DNA of 63,361 nucleotides, counting the filler, from Licmophora abbreviata (lineage: Eukaryota): NCBI GenBank assembly GCA_900291995.1. It is 19 parts of 19 records of this genome, joined end to end, with 100 filler letters (N's around TTAATTAATTAA, not from the genome) between each part and the next. Parts side by side here need not be neighbours in the genome. Positions count along the whole stretch, not along the records: positions 57,217 to 58,461 come from OLMU01005390.1; positions 58,562 to 61,079 come from OLMU01005392.1; positions 61,180 to 62,233 come from OLMU01005397.1; positions 62,334 to 63,361 come from OLMU01005399.1; 15 more parts are not named here. The stretch is one strand, 5' to 3'. Position numbers and translations under genes: made by a program. The number at the start of each line of letters is the position of its first letter. Positions within the stretch are counted from its first letter, which is position 1. This document shows positions 57,655-63,361 of the stretch, piece by piece. The notes beneath the pieces are model-generated. The model was not told where the DNA came from. It made no database searches and saw nothing but the letters and a program-made list of their open reading frames with translations.

Positions 57655-58249
57655 TCACTTCATCATGGATCCATCGTCCAGGTCGTTCCACTTGCCCTTG
57701 CCTCCACCTCCTCCATGCTGCTTCTTTTCTTTTCGATTGGGATCGTGATCATGCTTTCGAGTAATGTTGCGCTTCGTCGACCCTTCTTCGACCCCCTTGG
57801 TCTCCGGGACGCCTGCCTTGTCGTGGTGATGGTCCGTTCTGTAAAGAGTTATACATCAATGAGACTAGTGAGTGTCGGTCGCACTTTGGAATGACACGAG
57901 CAGAACAAACGTGTGCGCGTATTTTGCAACAGTCAATGACATCTTTCCCCTGTCTTTCCATCTCGAAAGCTCCTTCCTTGTGATTCATATAGAAAATACG
58001 GCTTCATCCTGCACACCAACAGGCCACGTCGTTTTCTCTCGCGCGTGGAATCACAGTCATCGACCGGTGACACCATCGGATCTTGTTCACGTAGAAACGT
58101 ACGGCCAGTGTACGTAAAAGACGCGCGCAATCCTGGCATGATGCGGCACGTGTCGTCGCTGCCTTGTCCACACGCACACACACACACACACTCTCTAGTA
58201 TATATATAAACACACACACATGGACGTACTCTTCTTTTGGATGCACCAT
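57655..58249 (-). CDS. 67-aa microprotein homologous to the PDCD4 N-terminal motif (Stf2/SERBP1-like GGxGKGxW), 2 exons
   Basis: Exon 1 is 58249-58230, intron 57839-58229 (GTACGT..TACAG), exon 2 is 57838-57655. Product: MVHPKEETDHHHDKAGVPETKGVEEGSTKRNITRKHDHDPNRKEKKQHGGGGGKGKWNDLDDGSMMK*. Confidence 0.75.
58169..58220. repeat. Compound (CA)n/(CT)n/(TA)n microsatellite inside the microprotein intron
   Basis: cacacacacacacactctctagtatatatataaacacacacaca. Confidence 0.85.
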
Positions 58250-58968
58250 GGTGGATTGATTCGATTCGTGTGTTGTGGATGAGTTCGATTTTTTGTGAGA
58301 AAGATCGCGTACTAATTTCTACGACGTTCTGCGGGACGCCGATGCGAACTCCGCGGGATGGATTCTGGAAGGTCTGTCCGTCCGTCTGACGATGCCATTC
58401 GAGGATGTCGGTCGACTGTCGGACGGACGGATTTTTGCAAGCAAGCCACCATGATGAGGTGNNNNNNNNNNNNNNNNNNNNNNNNNNNNNNNNNNNNNNN
58501 NNNNNTTAATTAATTAANNNNNNNNNNNNNNNNNNNNNNNNNNNNNNNNNNNNNNNNNNNNATGTTTGATGTTTGCAGTTTGTTTGTCATCCTAGACTAT
58601 CAACTTGTACGACGTCGAACAGAGTGAGACAACCACTCTCATTGTCAAACTATCATACTGCTGTGTGCTGCGTTCCACTTGAGTCAAACATGACGGAGCA
58701 AACGTGAGAACGAAGTGTACATGAGGGTTGGCGAAACTCTACTACTACTATAGTAGTGCGAGCGGCGCAGAGAGAACCGCCCGATGGCACGTCTCTACGA
58801 AGATACATACGCAGCAGCAGTATATAGGATGGAACGAAAACAGGGGTGCGTGCGGAAGAAGTGTGACCCGTGCAAGCAGGTGTGTCCAATGTTCAGGACG
58901 CGTAGGTCGGCAGGCGTTTCAGACTTTCCAGGGAAGCCAACACTCGTCCATCCTGCCATTCGACCATC

Positions 58969-61079
58969 ATGGACTCTTCTGTGTGTACAGTCTGCTTGGA
59001 CCATGTCGTCAAGATAGGCTACTACTCCTGCGTCGGTCCGAACTGCACCTATCAGTTGTGCGTCTCGTGTATCAAGTTGGCCTTTCAAGATGCCTCCGGT
59101 GCCGACTCAAACAGCTGTCCCATGTGCAAGACTCCCATGGCGAGGAATATGATGAAGGCACTGTGTGGAGAAGGAGCCATCAAGGCGGTCGAGAAGGAAG
59201 TGCGCACCAAGGTGGAGTTTGATGTCGAACAAGAGTATATGAGGCGCGAGAGAGGAAAGGAAGAAATGAAGAAAATGACGGAGCGAGCGGGAGAGCTCTA
59301 CCATGAGCTCTCGGAAGAACTAAACATGAAATGTCCTCGGTGTCAAATGACCTTTTATGATTACGATGGATGCAATGCTCTCGTGTGTGGGAATGCGGAC
59401 TGTGAAGCACACTTTTGTGCCGTTTGCCTAGAGGACTGCGGGACCGATGCTCACCCGCACGTTGGTCAGCGACACGGTGATCTCTTTGACCATGCAGCCT
59501 TTCATCGTGCCCGCGAGGCAAGAGAGGGAGCAGTGGTGGATACGTTTTTTGCGGATACGATGGGAGGCGAACCGTACGAGGTACAGGAGCTGGTCAAGCA
59601 GATGTATGGCAAGTCGGACTCTTTTTGTGCCGACGCAGAAACAGAGGATCCCAATGACGCCAAAAGCAAAGGCTTTATCGCAGCAGCCAGGAAAAAGTTG
59701 GGGCTGGCCGTCAAGGAGGATCGACTGGCTGTTCTATGTGACGCAAGTAATGCCGACTATGTGCAGCGTGGTTTGACGTTCGATGACATCTCTCCCCGCC
59801 TGGTCATTCCGGAGGACTACAAACTATCTCTTGTTGACAAGGCGACGGGGGTCTACACAATTTCTCTCCGCTGGAAGCACCCGATGAATGGATGGGAGCA
59901 GATTGACCTTCCAACGGAAGAAACCGTGAAAGACAAGGACCAGCAGCGCGAGGAAGACGCCCAATGGAACCGTCCAAAAGTCGACTCTCTTCTCAACCTC
60001 CGGTACTCCCTCCGGTGTGGGGTAGTCGCCTTTCAGGGAGCGAAGAATCTTTATCAGACTCAGGCTCTTGTCCCGGCACAAGGCGTCGTGTTGGGCGCCG
60101 ACGATGTTTGTATTTCATTTTGCGAGATCGACCACACGGGACAAGAAGTGTGCGTCGCGGCCCCTCTGCCTGCTGGTTTAGAGCCGACTGTCATTGGTAT
60201 AAATCAGAATCTCAGAATGATGCTACTTACCAAGCATGTCAAGGAAAAAACAGACGACGAGCTTATGTTTGAACCCCTTCGCGTCTTTGCAGGGTGTGGA
60301 CGGCCAATTCCAGTATTCGGCTCCATGTTGGTTCCAGCCCCGCCCACGTTCCACTTGCTCAACAATATCAACAGAAGGTGGCCCATCCCCTCTCTTTGAA
60401 GACGGCAATGGATGTTGCAGGACCACCGGGCACAGGAAAGAGCTTCACCATAGCGGAACTTGTCCGTTCGATTCTTGAGTGCACCAAGACCGACGTTATT
60501 GTCCTGTCCGAACGAAACGGAGCAATCGATGCGATTGCGGAGAAATTCGCCGACGCTTGTATGAAGCGGTCAACTTCGAAAGCAGTTGAGGTGAAAAACA
60601 TTTCAATGTGGATCAACTTGATGTCGTTTGGCTCCAGTGGCGTTGGCCCCTCTACGAAGCTTTTTACCCTTGAGGAGAAACTCAGGTAAGTCGTACTGGT
60701 TGAGTTGTCAACACATCGTTTTCACCGTGATGCTCACGTGAAATCCGCGTGATTTCTATACTGTCATTCAACACCATAGGCACCACCCAGAGCTTGTTGA
60801 ACTCCGTCGGATCAAGAAGGAAAAGGAGGCGTTACGCGACGACAGAGCCAAATCGATGCGCACGGCTATTGTAGAAAGGATTGAAGAGATGGATTCAACG
60901 ATACCGGACAATGAGGTCTTCCAGAAGACTAGGCTCATCGACGGCAAGAAGGAGCCAGGGCTCAAAACACCGTGCCTCATCATCAGTGCATTGGGAGCTT
61001 GCGACAGGACTCTCTTGAATATTCTTAGATCCGACGTGAAGATCCTCCGGGAAAAGGACGTTGAAGACGTGGTGCTCAA
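58969..61079 (+). CDS. RING + Rcat(RING2)-like E3 ligase fused to a UPF1-like SF1 helicase; frameshift near 60365; 3' end in gap
   Basis: CTVC..C...C..LCVSC...CPMC; CPRC...DGCNALVC..C..HFCAVC; then LN.YQ..., AGPPGTGKS and VIVLSERNGAIDAI; intron 60686-60779. Confidence 0.7.
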
Positions 61080-61179
61080 NNNNNNNNNNNNNNNNNNNNN
61101 NNNNNNNNNNNNNNNNNNNNNNNTTAATTAATTAANNNNNNNNNNNNNNNNNNNNNNNNNNNNNNNNNNNNNNNNNNNN

Positions 61180-62189
61180 AGTGCACCGCTGCGTCGCCCT
61201 TGTTCCTCCATGAAGTCCTTCCCAAACTTCAGAACCTCTTTATCAACGACAAGAAACAGCTTGACCCGTGTCAGGCGAGTCGATTCCAGTCGGGAAGTAG
61301 CGTACAGAATGTCTTCTTTATAGCTTTCGATTCGGTCGGATACGGCCGGCATCGAATCATCATGGACATGCTTGTCAATAGATGCCCGGAAACATGCATG
61401 CACGCAGTCCCGTTCCTTCAAACCTTTCCAAACCTGGAGTATGTATTCCTAGGAAGGTTCGACCGCAACGCTTCATCAGTCTTAGACACTACTTGGCACA
61501 CTCCAACCGGCGTCTGCTGTCTTCCTGGCTTGCTTTGCAATCCTGGGCGAAACCAGTCCGACGTGAACAATAATGAGGGTGCGGATCCAGCGTACTGGTC
61601 TCTCATAGCAAGCTTTGCATCGGCATTTCGCTACAAACAATTGCCTCAAACCTTGCACGTGGACGGCCTCCACCCTGACGAATGCCCGTTGCCCTCACGT
61701 CTGGACTGCGCGGTGTGCAACGGCATGGGCAAGTACTTTCCGCTGCACCATGCCTTTGATGCTATATTTTAGCACTCGCTTTGGTAGCTCGCGGTGCTGG
61801 GCCGACAAGGAAGAATGTCTGCGTATTCTGTCGCTCCGGGAGGGTGGGATGAAATTCTTGACAGATCCGCAACGGCTGCTTCCGCAAAGTGCCTAGCTAT
61901 GGCAGACATCTCAATTGTGGATCTCAGCGATATTCTGGTACTTACTGGGCTGGGATGTGATCCTAGACAACTGCCTCGTAAGGATATTCTTGAGTATCTA
62001 AAGAATGTGACTTTTATTCGGAGCGTCGAGATGGAAGACATCATTTGGCAGCTTCAAAGGCAGAATTTTGCTGTGGACGAGGCGGACTTTCTGATTGATC
62101 TGCCCGCATACTCCGACGAAGACGAAGAACAGATTGAAATATTTGAATCGTCAGAGGGAGAGGACGACTTTGACGACTTTGATGAATAG
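61180..62189 (+). pseudogene. Hypothetical protein, 3' part, with two compensating frameshifts (errors or decay)
   Basis: ORFs 61200-61772 and 61794-62189 share a frame; the coding-like link STRFGSSRCWADKEECLRILSLREGGMKFL lies in another frame. Confidence 0.45.
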
Positions 62190-62945
62190 AATCTTCCAGT
62201 ACATCGAGATACCGAAGCATCTCGACTCTCTGTNNNNNNNNNNNNNNNNNNNNNNNNNNNNNNNNNNNNNNNNNNNNTTAATTAATTAANNNNNNNNNNN
62301 NNNNNNNNNNNNNNNNNNNNNNNNNNNNNNNNNACATCGAAATGGAGTCGGAAAAAGTGAGGTGAAACACGTACAATTCTACGTGCACTTGCTACCGTGA
62401 GTACGTACTGCTGGGAGGAAGCAGCTGGCATTCTTTGATTGGTCATTCGTGTCGCCAAACACGATACTTCCATAATTACATTAGTCTCACGACGTCATGT
62501 GCGAGACTTTTACCTCGAAAGAGGCACTTAAGGAACTGCTCCACCATGTTCGATCGGAAAGCGGTCGAGCCGAAGAATCGAATCGAAAAATCAGACTCAC
62601 TCGCAAACAGACGGGATTGAGTGAGTCAGTCGAGTCGAGTCGATTCACACATTGCGAGTCACGAGACGAGTCGTGTCGTGTCGCGATTGCCGGATCAGCA
62701 TCGAGGAAGCTGCACGTTGTAGACCTATGATACCTAGGAAAATCGTAATCTGTCTTCATGTTACTAGCGGCTAGTCGAATTTATTTGAACTCGCAAGCCA
62801 CTCGTCGAGAAATCGATCATTATTGCATGATGTTAGTCCTAGAGCTCGCTCGCTCGCTGCGGATGACTTCCTACTTTCAACTTCCTTCGACAGAGCTAGT
62901 AAATACCATTCACTGGTAGGCTGACCCCTATCCTATCGCGATTCG

Positions 62946-63361
62946 TCATACAGTTTCACTCTCTCCATTTGCCTCATTCCACTGCCTCAGCGCTTCCCAC
63001 ATTACAATGGAAGCGCAAGTTGCTACATTTAAGCTATTCTTGATTCCATCGGTGGGAATGCACACGAGCCCATCGCACTCCCGAAGAACTTCTGCATGGA
63101 CCCCAACAAGTTCATTTCCAAAGACAAGCGCCAGTGGCTCAGGCATGGGAGTCTTCCACATTGGACTCGACTTGGACGTGGTCTCAACGCCCAGCACAGT
63201 CACGCCCTGCCTCTGCAGCTCCCGAACGGCGTCCAGCGTGGACGGCGCATGCTGATATGGAACATACTCGGCTGCACCAACCGCCGTCTTGAGCACTTTC
63301 GGGTTCGGTGGACCAGGCGTTATCCCACATAATATTACTTGAGAGACTCGCGCAGCTTCCG
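62946..63361 (-). CDS. SpoU/TrmH-family RNA 2'-O-methyltransferase (3' part)
   Basis: KTAVGA, ALVFGNELVGV and IPTDGIKNSLNVA. Confidence 0.88.
   Translation of the reverse strand, partial: EAARVSQVILCGITPGPPNPKVLKTAVGAAEYVPYQHAPSTLDAVRELQRQGVTVLGVETTSKSSPMWKTPMPEPLALVFGNELVGVHAEVLRECDGLVCIPTDGIKNSLNVATCASIVMWEALRQWNEANGESETV

Noticed and set aside
60355..60375. Programmed ribosomal frameshift between the E3 and helicase halves
   Set aside because: No X XXY YYZ slippery heptamer or evident downstream structure; a 1-nt indel is simpler.
10261..62333. Regularly recurring TTAATTAATTAA palindrome as a CRISPR-like or biological repeat
   Set aside because: It is always centred in an exact 100-nt N block and stops all six frames, so it is an assembly linker.
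1..63361. tRNA, rRNA or snoRNA genes
   Set aside because: None recognisable by eye; tRNAscan-SE and Infernal would be needed, especially for the long introns at 56419-56731 and 57839-58229.

Overview
Gene-dense eukaryotic nuclear scaffold, most likely from a pennate diatom. This is inferred from short GT-AG introns (mostly 80-125 nt), bipartite plastid presequences, a Copia-of-diatoms-like relic and a diatom-type gene repertoire. Eighteen artificial 100-nt spacers (N44-TTAATTAATTAA-N44) break the sequence, and several genes run across them. Housekeeping genes include an amino-acid transporter, Cpn20, a thioredoxin, an arrestin-like protein, VTC4, propionyl-CoA carboxylase alpha, mitoferrin, an SSS transporter, FabB, proteasome alpha-7, HHL1, PDCD4 and a SpoU methyltransferase. 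The most notable observations are: (1) a spliced 67-aa microprotein gene absent from the ORF track, lying in tandem upstream of PDCD4 and copying PDCD4's N-terminal ribosome-binding-type motif; (2) three secreted proteins sharing an unnamed ~95-aa six-Cys domain fused to 0, 3 or 4 malectin-like domains; (3) a RING + Rcat E3-ligase module fused to a UPF1-like SF1 helicase; (4) an intronless Crinkler-type HNH nuclease; (5) a catalytically eroded bacterial-type EEP nuclease; (6) an 11-nt micro-exon in VTC4. All family assignments come from motif recognition by eye; no database search was run.
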